From Vitrella brassicaformis CCMP3155 (lineage: Eukaryota; Protista; Chromerida): a DNA stretch of 64,000 nt. The stretch lies in the NCBI GenBank assembly GCA_001179505.1, contig CDMY01000377.1, positions 1 through 64,000 on the forward strand, given 5' to 3'. Under the pieces are notes generated by a model. It saw only the letters and a program-made list of their open reading frames with translations. It was not told the origin of the DNA and made no database searches. Positions 10,600-23,103 of this stretch are shown here, one piece after another (the first letter of the stretch is position 1; every line of letters starts with the position of its first letter). The position numbers and the translations under genes are program-made.

Positions 10600-11560
10600 T
10601 TACTGCCTGCTACAAATATACGTATGTATGCATCGATCGACTACTCACACGCACACACACACACACACACACGCAACACCAACCCACCCCCCACCATTTG
10701 TATGTAGGGGTATGTGTGGGATGGACGGAGGTGTGCGAAAGACCCACTTTGGTGCCTCCCCTGTGCATAGCGACAGACACTGAATGGCACTCAAATGGAT
10801 CGATCAATGGATGAATGGATGGATGGATGGATGATGCACTATATAGTAGATATGCCACCCACACACACACGCACACACACACACGCAAGGCACCCCCCAC
10901 AGGAAAGCATGAAGAGAGCAGAGCAGCACGAATGAATGACACCTACGACACGCAACACAACATGCCACACACACAGCTTTGCATTCACGGCATTCACGGC
11001 AGCACACCACATGACCTGCACAGTTTGGTTGACCCATCCCCTGACGGATACAAACTTCCCCCTGCAACCAACCAGGAACCAGGGAGGGAGGGAGGGAGGG
11101 AGAGAGGGAGGGTGGGAGGGAGGCTCTCACTGCATCCACGCGCACAATGGACACGCACACACGCACACACACACAGACATGAAAAACACACCTTGTGCGC
11201 GAGCGATAAGCTAGGCACCTCTCTCTGTCTCTGTCTGCCTCTCTGCTGCACACAGCACAGCACCGAGGGGCTCGAGGGGGAGGGGGAGGGAGGGACCAGC
11301 CGACAGACACGGGGCGGGCGCATACAAACAAATAGATACCTTACTTGCGAGTAGATAGATAGAATCAGTCCATCAATGGACGTACGGACGTACGAGGAGA
11401 GGACAGTAAATACAGAGAAAAAACACCTGTCTGTCTGTCTCGCTGGCTCACCTGAGTGCAGTCACAGCGTTACCAACACCCACACGCACACGCACACCCA
11501 TCCATCCCATCACGCACAATCACAATCACGCAGCACCTTCCTCCCTCCATCAACCCCCCC
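10600..11560. repeat. Microsatellite-rich intergenic tract ((CA)n, (GGAT)n, (GGGA)n, (GATA)n)
   Basis: Direct reading. Confidence 0.85.
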
Positions 11561-11586
11561 CACCGCCCCCCCATCCACCCCCCGCA

Positions 11587-14500
11587 TCACAGCCGTTTGG
11601 TGCCGAATGCCGGCAGGTGGGGGTCCGCATCAGCGTAGTCCGCCCCACCACGGTTCTGGTCAGCCCCGCCTTCATGCTCGCTGATGTCAGGGTGGTCGTT
11701 GGTGAGGGCCACTCGTGTCTTCTGCTTGCTGAGCCCCTGTGTCTTGCTGTTGTACGAGTAGGGGTGCCTCTGCTCCCTGCGGATCTTGTGCAGCATCTTG
11801 CCGACGTGCCCCATGTGCAGCAGCGACCGCCGCACGCCGTACGAGTTGAGGAGGTAGTACATCTGCAGCTCGCTGCTGTTGAAGAGGTACTTGAGGGCCG
11901 ACCACCCCAGCAACGGGGCCAGACACACCACACCGAGGGCAAAGTGCCATAACCTACCAAAAAAGGCAAGCAAGGCGACACACATGAGGCCTCACAGAGA
12001 GAGAGGGAGAGGCGACATGCCTGATAGTTTCGACGACAACTGGCCACGTAATGACGCCAAAGCACTCGGCGAGTATGTTGGCGAGGCAGAAGAAGGCGAT
12101 GAAGGATGCGGCCATGCCGCCCACGATGGTGCCGAAGGTCAGCCGATGGGTCTCGGCTTGCACCAGCAGATACATGAACAGACCCACCAGGGCCACGCCG
12201 ATGACCCCCGTGAGCATCGACACACCACGAGAAGCCACATTCGACACACACGCACAGAAGCCGTTCACCTGAACCAACACACACACACCCACCCACACAC
12301 ACACACACACAGATGGCTGAGAGAGCCGTTGACCGTGTGTGTGATGTGCCGTGTGCGGTGGGTGTGTACGTTTCTGTCTCCTGGTTTGTAGAATTTGGGG
12401 TGGTGGTCCTTGTTGTGTGTGGAAATGGCCATGGACACCACCAGCAGCGCCATGAAGATGGCGGGGGTCAGCACGGGGCTCCGCTCAATCACACGCCAGG
12501 CATACTCGAGCGAGAAGGACATCCACTCCCCCTCCTTCACCACCTCGTGCCACGGCCTATAGCACAGACACACACACATCAGCCATTGCAACAATGCTGG
12601 ATGTGTGGGTGTCTGTGTGGGTGTCTGCGTGGGTGAGGAAAGAAGGTACCAGTTGGCTGCCTCTGCAAAGCAGAGTGCGAGGAGGAGGAAGCGCAGCTCG
12701 CGGACGAGTATGATGACTTTGTTGAGGGGCGTGGCGCCGTTGCGGAACTCCATCTGCTGCTTCCACCAGGCGTACCAACTCTCGCTCACGTCATGCTTGT
12801 TCTGAGACCACACACACACACACACACACACAACACACTCGTTGGTCGGGTGTGTGGGGTGAGAGGGCGTGGGTACCTTGGATCTGATCCAGTTTTGCCA
12901 AGCGTTGAAGTCCGAGACGAGGTGCCCCCAGGAGAGGCCCATGGGGTTGTAGAGGTGCGGCAGGTACAGGAACGACACCACCACAAACCACAGCCACCAC
13001 ACACGGATCCCAACTATCGGAAACATGTCCTGCAGAAACTGAAACACCGAGACCACACCAGACCCACACACCCACACACAGACCACGTCGTGTGGTGTGC
13101 GATTGATTGCAGCGTGTTGTGTTGTGTTGTGTCCATTCCATTCCCCCCGCCCTCCCTGTGTGTGTACTGACTGTACGTGTAGGTATATGAGCAGCAGCAG
13201 GAGTTCCATGGCGACTTGGAAGTGGGAGTAGAAGTATGCCTTCCACAGGTGGATGAGGTCCTTGTGGTTGATGCTGAACCCGCGACCGGCGCTCAGGTAC
13301 CTCGCGCGACCGAACAGCAACGTCTCATCGAAACCCCCCGTCCAAGTCCCAACTACACACACACACATAAACGGACTGAGATGCGCCGGAGCGTATGTGG
13401 GTGTGGTGGGTGCGTGCAGGTGTAGTCTACCTGAGAATGTGTAGTGCAGGAGTGAGAGGGAGCGGACGTGCTGCCAGAGGTGCTTGATGCCCTCACTCAG
13501 CCCTTCCTCCAACGACATGACCGCAAAGAACCTGCATGCCATGCCATGCAGCCACATATGAATGCATAACACGGATTATATGGACGGTGATCCTCCTTTT
13601 CCCCTTTCCCACTGGCTCCTCTCTCTCTCTCTCTCTCTGACCTGGTGTAGAATAGGGCCAGGAGGATAAGCCAGACTTGGTCCATCAGAGTGATGGCCGC
13701 ACTCTCCCTCCCTATCAACACCGGCTGCAGCGCTGGCGGAATCACAGCTGACCACACACACACACACACACACACATCCCGCAACCATCCCGTCCGATCA
13801 TCCCCGCCGCCCCCACCCACACCCACCGATGAATGCGTGAAGGAAGAGTCGTCCATAGAGGAACAGCCATATGGCGAAGAACACCAGTGGGTTGAGGATG
13901 TTCCACCCGGGGAAGGCGGCGAACAGCGACAAGAGGCGGAAGAAGTCCATCCCGTAGGCCAGCCGGTAGCTGTCGCGGCTGCTCGCCTGGGCCTCGGCGC
14001 TGCCACAGGCGATCTTGCGCATGAACGCCACGACCTGATCGAGGTCATTCGGCCAGCCCTTCGAGCACTGATCGACACACACACACACACACAACACACC
14101 ACACACGCATCAAACGACCATCCAGTGTGGTCTCACAGGTCACTCACTCACCATGATGTAGTCGACCTGCGAGACCGAGTAGCCCCTCTGTGTGTAGTTC
14201 ATGCCGCAGTAGACGTCCTCTGTCACGTTGATCACCGCACTGCCCTTGCTCATCCCGCCCATACTTTGCACCAGGCACCGGTCGATCACGTCGGGGTGGC
14301 CGTAGTGGAACCGCACGCGCATCGGCATGTGGAAGGCTCGGCTGTCGAACGACGTGAAGCACGTCTGTGCGAGGTTGGAGTGGTACGAGGGCGTGATGGC
14401 GGCAGGGAGGAAGGCGTTCTCGCGGAAGCCGAGGATGGCGAGCTTGGAGTCCTTGGCGAACTCCTGCAGGAGGTTGCGGAGCTTCATGGCCTCCTCGAGA

Positions 14501-17292
14501 TACAACTCCTGGTTCATGTCGATCGCCTGTATGTGTGTGTGTGTGCAAGGGACACACAGATGAGATGGAGAAATGAAGCCGTCGGTCGTGTGCTGTGTGT
14601 AGCGGCGTGTGTCCACCTGGACGGTCTCTCCTCGCGTGAAGATGATGGCATGGTTCTGGTTCTCACTCTTGCCCTCACCGATAATCGGATTCCTGACACA
14701 CACACACATCCGTCCATCCACCGATCCACGGATGACGTGCCTCGCCCACCTAGATGCCGGGGCGCCTTCAAGCAGCCCCAGGACGACCCTGTAGACCCTC
14801 ACGAGCTTCTGCTGCACCGAGTCCCACTTGTAAAGCACCGAGCACTTGACGCTCTTGGTCTTGTTCGGACGGGGAGAGGGAGACACCGACCCCCCCTTGC
14901 TGCTGCTGGTCCAGTGGGTGTCCGGCAGGGTGACATCGCAGCTCTCGATCGCCGCCACGCGCATGTTCGGGAAGCGCTTGCACATCTCGGTGATGCAGCG
15001 GACACGCAGGCTGGCCGACCGGCTGTTGGGGGCGTTCTTGAGGTCTTCGCCGAATGTCTGTGCGGTGAGGACGTAGTGGAAGCGGAGAGAGGCGAGCGCC
15101 TTGGCACATGGGTCGTGGTCGTAGGGGCGGTAGTCGAGCAGCTTACGGCGGTCCATCCACTTGTCCCAATACCGCATGAACACTGCACGGCGTGGGTGGA
15201 CAGACAGAAGGAGGGAGGCGTCGAGAGAGAGAGGGGATGGGAGGGGAAGGGCTGGGCTTTGTTGTTTCTCACTGACCTTGCAGCCTGCGTGGTGTTTCTG
15301 GTTGGACAGGTACTTTGTGCCAGTTGAGTCGTTGCTCCTGCTCGAAGGAGAGGAGGTTGCGGTCGTGGCACAGATGCACCGCGTCGCCACGCTGCTCCTG
15401 CAACTCCATCCACGCCTAATATGAATACACACATAACATAGACGATGGACGGTGTGTGTGTGTGGGGGGGGGGCGCGCNNNNNNNNNNNNNNNNNNNNNN
15501 NNNNNNNNNNNNNNNNNNNNNNNNNNNNNNNNNNNNNNNNNNNNNNNNNNNNNNNNNNNNNNNNNNNNNNNNNNNNNNNNNNNNNNNNNNNNNNNNNNNN
15601 NNNNNNNNNNNNNNNNNNNNNNNNNNNNNNNNNNNNNNNNNNNNNNNNNNNNNNNNNNNNNNNNNNNNNNNNNNNNNNNNNNNNNNNNNNNNNNNNNNNN
15701 NNNNNNNNNNNNNNNNNNNNNNNNNNNNNNNNNNNNNNNNNNNNNNNNNNNNNNNNNNNNNNNNNNNNNNNNNNNNNNGGGGGGGCGCGCGAACCAGAAT
15801 CCTGCAGGCCTGTTCGTAGTACATGACGGATCTCAGTGTGCGCCACAGTGTCTGTGTCCTGTTCGAAGCCCACTCCTCGATGTCCTTCTCAAACCTGCAC
15901 ACACACACACATGGACCTCTTTGTCTCCCTCTTGTGTCTATTTGCTTAACTTAACGGCGTTAGTACCTGGCGATCATTTCGTTGGCCGTTTTGCTGAGTC
16001 CGCCCCTCTGTGTGTGGCTGTGTTGGTACCAGTCGTATCGCACCCCCTGTGGGTCCATCCTCTCCAGGAAGTTGGCCCACTCCTGGCTGTACATGGTCCG
16101 GATGAAATCGAACTGACGCGCACCCTCCATCGTCTTCTCATTCAAGATCTGTCAGTCAGGGTCACCACACCACACCACACACAACACAGCACAGCATAGG
16201 GATGCACTGCACCCATGTGTGTGTCTCGTCTCGTCTCGTTTGGCGAGATGGAATCGAATCGCTTCTCACGTTGAAGTCGAGCATGGCTTCCTCAGTGTAT
16301 GCCGGGGTGAGTGTGCACATGGACACCATCCTCTGCACGCTAGGCGCCTCGGGCATCTCCATGAACAGCGAGCTCGAGAAATACTTCAACCTGCATTGCG
16401 CGAGCCCCGTCTTGAGCAGATGCCCAGTCGCCGTCAGCACCCGATGCGCACGCCGGAAGAACGGCCGCACCCCCTCCGCCACACTCAAACCACGACCCGC
16501 ATTCACGCCGTCCTGCAGGTCCTCCAGCCGCCACAGCTTGTCACAGTATGCGATCTCGCTGGCCGCGTCCATGAAGGTCACACCCTCCACCTCGCCGCCC
16601 TGCCAGAGCTGCAGGCCGCCCGCCTTGCCGCCAGAAGGCAATGGGGGCCGCCGGCTGCGGCGCGGGTCACGGATGGACCTTGCCGTCACTTGCGAGAAGT
16701 TGGAGGTTGGTGTGTCATCGTCTGCCACTGTCACGCCGCTGCCCTGTTTGCCGTGGCCGCCGCCAGCTCCCCTGCGCGATATGAGTCGGGGTGTGAGGGG
16801 GCCGCCTGGGGAGACAGGGTCGTCGTCGATGTCGTCTTCGTGGACGTCTCGCTCGGTCAGGACCTCTGACGGAGGACTCGAGTAGGGCTTGGTCACACTG
16901 ACACCCATCCATCCATCGCACAACACACAAACGAGAAATCGTGACACACAGGGGGAGGGAGGGAGAGGGAGTGGGCCGCTCACGATTTGAAGGATTGTCG
17001 CAGTGCGATAGTCTCCCCCGCAGCTTCGATGAAGTCAGCGAGTTCCGGGAAGTGGTTTGCCATGCCCTTCGAGGCCAGCACCGACGAGCCACGTGTCTGC
17101 AGGAGGGCGGGCATTGCGATCTTCTGCAGGCCCTGGAGGAGCTTGAGGCTGTGGTCCTCGACGCGCGCGGTGTTGTCGCCCTGGGCGGCCTCGAAGACAC
17201 TCACCAGAGTGGTCTGCAGGTCCTTGACGGCACTCAGGTTCAGCAGAGACAGACAGAACGGCTGACGACCCACCTGACATGAGGACCACACA

Positions 17293-17326
<34 letters not shown>

Positions 17327-20300
17327 TGTGTCCATCCACGCATCCATCCATCCCTCGCACCCTCCGTATAACGGCGCTGAGCAGTAGTGCCAGTGTGTGT
17401 CCGTCGTCGAAGAACCTCGTCAGGTACAGACACACGGCCTCATACACCTCCAGCAGCGCCAGCCGCAGCAGGAACTGGTGGCTGTCCGACCGTGGGTCGG
17501 CCACAGTGGCGCGGGAGTTGCCAAAGAGTTTGTTGGTGAAGTCGATGCCGGCCTGGTGCAGCTGTGCCTTGGCGGATTGGCTGACGCCCTGGGCCGCCCA
17601 CCGGACGGGCCCGAAGGAGGGCGGCAGGGGCAGACGCAGCACCTCGTGCAGATACTGGTGGGAATCCTTGCTCGAGCGGTAATGGTCCTGATTGATAGGA
17701 TAGACACACAAGGGGTGTCTGTCTATTGTGGTGGTCTCTCTCTTTCCCTCCCCTCTATGTGTGTNNNNNNNNNNNNNNNNNNNNNNNNNNNNNNNNNNNN
17801 NNNNNNNNNNNNNNNNNNNNNNNNNNNNNNNNNNNNNNNNNNNNNNNNNNNNNNNNNNNNNNNNNNNNNNNNNNNNNNNNNNNNNNNNNNNNNNNNNNNN
17901 NNNNNNNNNNNNNNNNNNNNNNNNNNNNNNNNNNNNNNNNNNNNNNNNNNNNNNNNNNNNNNNNNNNNNNNNNNNNNNNNNNNNNNNNNNNNNNNNNNNN
18001 NNNNNNNNNNNNNNNNNNNNNNNNNNNNNNNNNNNNNNNNNNNNNNNNNNNNNNNNNNNNNNNNGGGGGGGGGGGGGGGGGGGGGGGGGGATGTCTGTCT
18101 GTTACCCGCAGCGCTTCCCAGATTTCGTTGATGTGCGTTTGATGCAGCTCGCACTCCCGCGTGAAGCTCTTGAGGACATCGCAGTAGACCCACACCGGGT
18201 GGCGGATGTCGGAGCCGTCCCACGACACCTGCACAGCAGAGCTGCCGTCCTCACTGTCATACGCCATATTCAACTCCTACAAGGTAAGATCACACACACA
18301 CACAGAGGGAGAGGGAGAGAGGGGGTGTGTGTTGATGGGCTGTGGTATGGAGGGAGGGAGGGAGGGAGGGTGGCTGACTCTGAGTTCTTTGAAGTGCAGT
18401 GCTGGGAGTTCGTTGAACTGCAGTTTGCACCGCTCGGCGTTGTCGATGATGTCCTCCTCGCGCCACGACTCAACCACCTCGTTCCACATGAACCCAAACC
18501 TACACACACCCAGAGCAGACAGACAAGGACCACACCCACACTGCTCACATTGCTTGCACAGCGCACCGCGCCCACCTGCGTATTTGGTGCTCGACGACGT
18601 GTGACGGAATGGTGTGGTCGTACACGGCGGCGATCTCACGGATCCACCAGGACACCCACCCGCTGCCGCCCCCACCCTCGTCCACCTTGCCACTGCTGCC
18701 GCGCGAGTCGTTGCGCCCCACAGACACACTGCTGCTCTTGTGCCGGCCAATGCCCACATCCACAGGGGGGAACACCCCAGACCCGCCCCTCCCCTGCTCA
18801 GTGTCGACTGCCCCCGGTGTGAGCGTCTGCCGCATCCCACTGACAGCCTGGGGGTCGCCGCTGCCATTGGTGGGCGAGCCGGGTGCTGTTGAGGGCGAGG
18901 AGGTGTTGGGGGTGGTCTGCGTGTGGAGGAGGGATAGGTTCCGCCGGGGTGCGCTGGAGCTGCCCGGGGTGGTGGCTGCGTGACGTGGTGTGGCGGGGAT
19001 GTATCGGATGAGGATGTGTGCGAGGCTGTCGGGTGCGTCGGGGTGGGTGGCTGCTGAGGACCCCTTTGTTGACGAGAGAGAGGGCCGGTAGGTGGTGGAC
19101 TGCTCTGACGTGCTCCGGCGGCTGCTCTGCCGGGAAGTGGCCCGCATCGGCTGTGCGTAGTGAGGCCGAGAGTGACTCCTGCACACCACCCACCGCACCG
19201 ACACACCCACTCGACTCGACAGACACACCTGCAGGGGGCCATTCTCATTCTGTGTCTCTTTGGTCTGACCTGAAGTATGACTTTGGCTTGACTTTCATCC
19301 TTTGTCGTCTCTTCCAGAGGCCGCAGCAGAGGCAGCAGCTGAGGAGGTTGAGCAGCCACTGGGCGCCGCTGTGGGCCGTGTTGGGCGACGACGACGTGGC
19401 GAGCCGCAGACGACGGATGGAGCTCCCAGCGTCCTCAGACAACACACGGTCATACTGCAAGTGACGCGACGCCACGCAGGCAGACAGACAGAAATGCACA
19501 TACGACACGTGTGTGTGTTGGGAGTTGGCCTAACCTGGACGGGCAGCAGGGGGAAGACCTTCTGGACGACAGACAGATCCGTGATGAAGCCAATCTGCGG
19601 AGCGGACAGACAAGACACACATCATATCATTTTGCTCCTGTGTGTGGAGGGTCTGGTCTCCCTCCCTACTTCCCCTCCTCACTCACCCCTCTGAACCATC
19701 CCACGAGCCAGCTGATGAACGATTGGAACACCGAAAAGTAAAACTGACATAAACAAACCAACACGTCACGCAGCGCAGCAGTGACCACAGAAAGACACAC
19801 GACACGTAGCTGAGCTGAGCTGAGGGCGGGGCAGTCTGTGTGCGTGTGTGTGTCTGTGTGTGCATGAGCTGAGCGTACCATAATGTCGTAGAAGTAGAGT
19901 ACGAGCGAGGGCACGACCCAGAAGAAATATAGCGACGCCTTCAACGCATCCTCAAACCGAAACCACAGAAAGTCATACCTGCACCATACACAGCAAGGGA
20001 GGGAGGGAGGGAGGGAGAGGGACACAGATGCATGCACCGCACCCATGGCCGGCCGGCCGTTTCTCACGTGAGTTCTGCCTGTGGTATGGCGGCTTGTATG
20101 GCCTGCTGGAAGCCCAAGAATCCGTCAACGAACACAAAGTACCCGATGGCCAGCTTGATGGCGATGATCGGCACCCAGAAGAACGTGTAACCCAACTATA
20201 CACCACACCACACAACAAACACAACAGCACACCACCACACCACCACCACCACCAGACATATGAGGGAAACACCATATCTCTCTGTGTGTGAGGGGTCACC

Positions 20301-22528
20301 TCACTCACCATGTGTCTGCATTCGTCGCTGAGCATAGTGGCGTTGCCCTGGTAGGTGGCGTGAGTGCTCCAGGTGGGTGCCCTTCTGCAGCAGGGGAAGG
20401 CCTTCCTCGCCCGCACCAGCAGGTAGGACAGGCCGTGCAGGGTGTAGAAGGCCATGTACCCGCCACCTATCGGACCCGACGGCTGCAGCATGGGGTCGCT
20501 GAACCCCAAAGGACTGGTCTGGCTGACGTACATGGCGCACAGGAAGAAACCCCAACGCACACCGGCCAGACACTGTCGAGCCCACCTGCACACACACAGA
20601 CATGGGTGGATACCAGAGCGTTATTCTGGTGTTTTGTGGCGCGCGACGGACGGACCAGTTGAGTCGTTTCATGCCCTGGAGTGCGTCGAGGAGGCGTTGG
20701 AACAGTGGTATGGGCGCCAGCCAGTAGAAGAAGAGATCCAACAGCTCCCGAACGGCACTGCCTGCTGACGATCCGACAGCTACCAGGCCCCACCAGCCTG
20801 ACGCATCCCAATCTGATTGATGGACACACACACACACACACAGAGGAGTGGAGTGGGATGTTCTTCGTTCTCTTGTCGGTCCAGTGGCTCTTCTCTTGCG
20901 CACCTCTAGCCTTGGCACCGAGTGCCAGGAGCACGAGCAGGCTGATCAGATGGAAGTGGTACACACGCCACCAGATGCGCAAGAACTGTGACAACAAAAC
21001 ACAAACAACACACACAACAGATCAGAGGGAGGGACCATGAGCGTCATCACATCGGCTGGTTGGCTCACGCACTGCACTCACGTGTAGGTAGCTCCTGTGC
21101 TCGATGAAGGTCTTCTTGCGTCCCTTGGGCGGGTGAATGCTGACCAGCTGCCGTGAAGCCGTCTCGACTTTGATGACCTTGATCAGGTTGCCCTTCCAGG
21201 TGCCGCCGCGGCCCCTCCTGCTGGCAGAGCCCAGCCATGAGTGCACCACGGGCGCCTTGTGAAATATTTCGTTGAAGTCCTCGTAGTTCATCTTGACGGG
21301 ATGGTCACCCTGCGGACGCCTGATGGATGGATCGATCCATGGACACACACAGACGTATTGGGCTGTGTGTGGGGGGGTTTGTTGTGTGTGGGTGTTGGAA
21401 TACCGCATTTCCTCCCAGAACTCGTTGATGATGGGTGTGATGGTTTCGATGTAGGAGGGCATGGCAGTGGGGTCGACGTCGTCCCAGCTCTTGACCATCC
21501 AGTGGAACACAAAGAGCAGCAGCTCGGGGCAGTGGCGCAGGTTGGCAGACTCGCCCCACATCAGCTTCCACAGCGCTATCTCGCGAGCCATCATCGCTGA
21601 CACATGCGACACACAACACACACGCATGGACAGAGAAAACACACAGGCACAGGAACGTACCGAGGAGTGACTTTGGGTTTTTCCTGGCCTTGTCGGCGTT
21701 GGCGGCGGCCTTGGGGCCCTTGCTCTCGCCCCATGGGAAGGGCTTGACGTTGACGTACTGACACCATCTGCGGTAGTTCTTGAAGAGCTTCCAGTGGAAC
21801 CGATACAAAGCGAACTCCTCCAGACGACTGAACCCTCGCTCCCGCATCGCACGGGTCGTCTGACATACATAGATTGAAAGAGAGCGATCGGTATGCTGGG
21901 ATGGTTGGCTGGTCTGTATGGTGTGGTTTGTGTGCCACCTGCTCTGCTCTGCTTAGCTTACGTCGTTGGTGAGTGGGTAGTCCCTGAGTGCGATGGAGAG
22001 GAGGGAGAAGACGATGTCCTCGTACTGGTTGAAATAGTTGTCCTCCTGGAACCGAAACTTCAACACCACCTCGTCAAACACCGTACCGCCACCCACACGC
22101 CCGCTCGTGCCGCCAGCAACACCGCCACCACCAGTGCCGCCCCTCCCACTGCCCCTGCCGTGGCCCGCAACGGGCGACGGCTGAGAGGGGGGATTCTGCG
22201 TGCGGAACAGCCGCAGTATGTTGCGGATGATGGTCTCGTACTCCTGGACCCCACCGCGGAGCTCCTCCTTGCTCCTGCTGGCCAGCAGCCCACCCTTGGC
22301 CGCCAGTGCCTCTGCGAGGGGGTCGGGCGCCTCGTCCACCGACGCGTCATCGGGTGTGCCGTCGCGGGTCGGCGGGTCGGCGAGGCCGTCGCTGATGATA
22401 TGGCCCTCGGTGACATCGATGAGGTTCCTCTTGCTGCTCTCGCTCTCAGACCAGGACAGCCACGCTGGCGACTGACGGGGAGAGGCCGAGGAGGCCGAGG
22501 GCGACGCGTGCCGGTGGTGGGCCGCCAT
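11587..22528 (-). CDS. FKS1-like: 1,3-beta-glucan (callose) synthase, GT48 family, many introns
   Basis: Spliced motifs: KLFKNYRRWC, ALWKLMWGESANLRHCPE, NYEDFNEIF, KTFIEHRS, WNEVVESWREEDII, TPAYTEE, YSQEWANFLER, WASNRTQTLWRT, GEGKSENQNHAIIFTRGE..IDMNQELYLEEAMKLRNLLQEF, RVRFHYGHPDV, GGMSKG..INVTEDVYCG, then C-terminal TM helices. ATG 22528 (MAAHHR), stop 11587. Confidence 0.95.
15479..15778. other. Scaffold gap (300 N); identical-size gaps at 17765-18064, 59011-59310, 61473-61772 and 62606-62905
   Basis: All five runs are 300 N, so the size is a placeholder. Confidence 0.95.
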
Positions 22529-23103
22529 GATGACCGTACCGTCACACACGACCGACGCTCTGCTAGCTGGGCTGGGCTGGGCTGGCGAGGGTGCAGGCAG
22601 GCAGGGGTCAAGGAAAGACAGAGGCCGCCATTCGGCAGAAAGGGGCAGGTAGAGAGAGGACAAGGACACGGACAGCGCTGTTGTCCTCGAGCCCTGCTGA
22701 GTGCTGTCGATAGGAAGCTGTCAAGCTGTCTCCGCACTCAGCCCTCGTCAGATCTCTCGCCGCGCCTCGCCGCCTCCTGCAAGCTTAACGGCCGAGATCC
22801 GTTGCCTTTTCAGCTCGCAAATAGAGCTTTCTTGTCCCACGTAGCCGTACTCGCCATGCTCAGCACAAACAAGGATCCGTGGCTGATGTGGACAGCCCTC
22901 CGCAGAAGGGTTCGATCGCCGCTCATTTGCGAGCTCAACCTTGTGATCTCCTGTGCCGGTTTTCCCGCCTGCACCAGTGCCACGGGGCGCAGTCGTAGAC
23001 AGTGATTGAGTCTAGGCAGTTGCTTCTTTTTCCTCTCGCCCCGGACCTCTGGGGGTGTCGCTTGTCGCTTGATCGCATCATTGGCCGAGAGTAGGCAGCG
23101 GGT

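Noticed and set aside
13690-15327. Long + strand ORFs (e.g. 545 aa here, 453 aa at 56850-58211, 370 aa at 21893-23005)
   Set aside because: Antisense shadows of GC3-rich minus-strand exons. They run through microsatellite introns and give THTHT/CVCV peptides.
15479-18064. N gaps hiding exons of the glucan synthase
   Set aside because: Both gaps sit at poly-G runs inside introns. The first has overlapping ggggcgcgc on both sides, and the flanking exons join in frame (QACRIL|AWMELQE).
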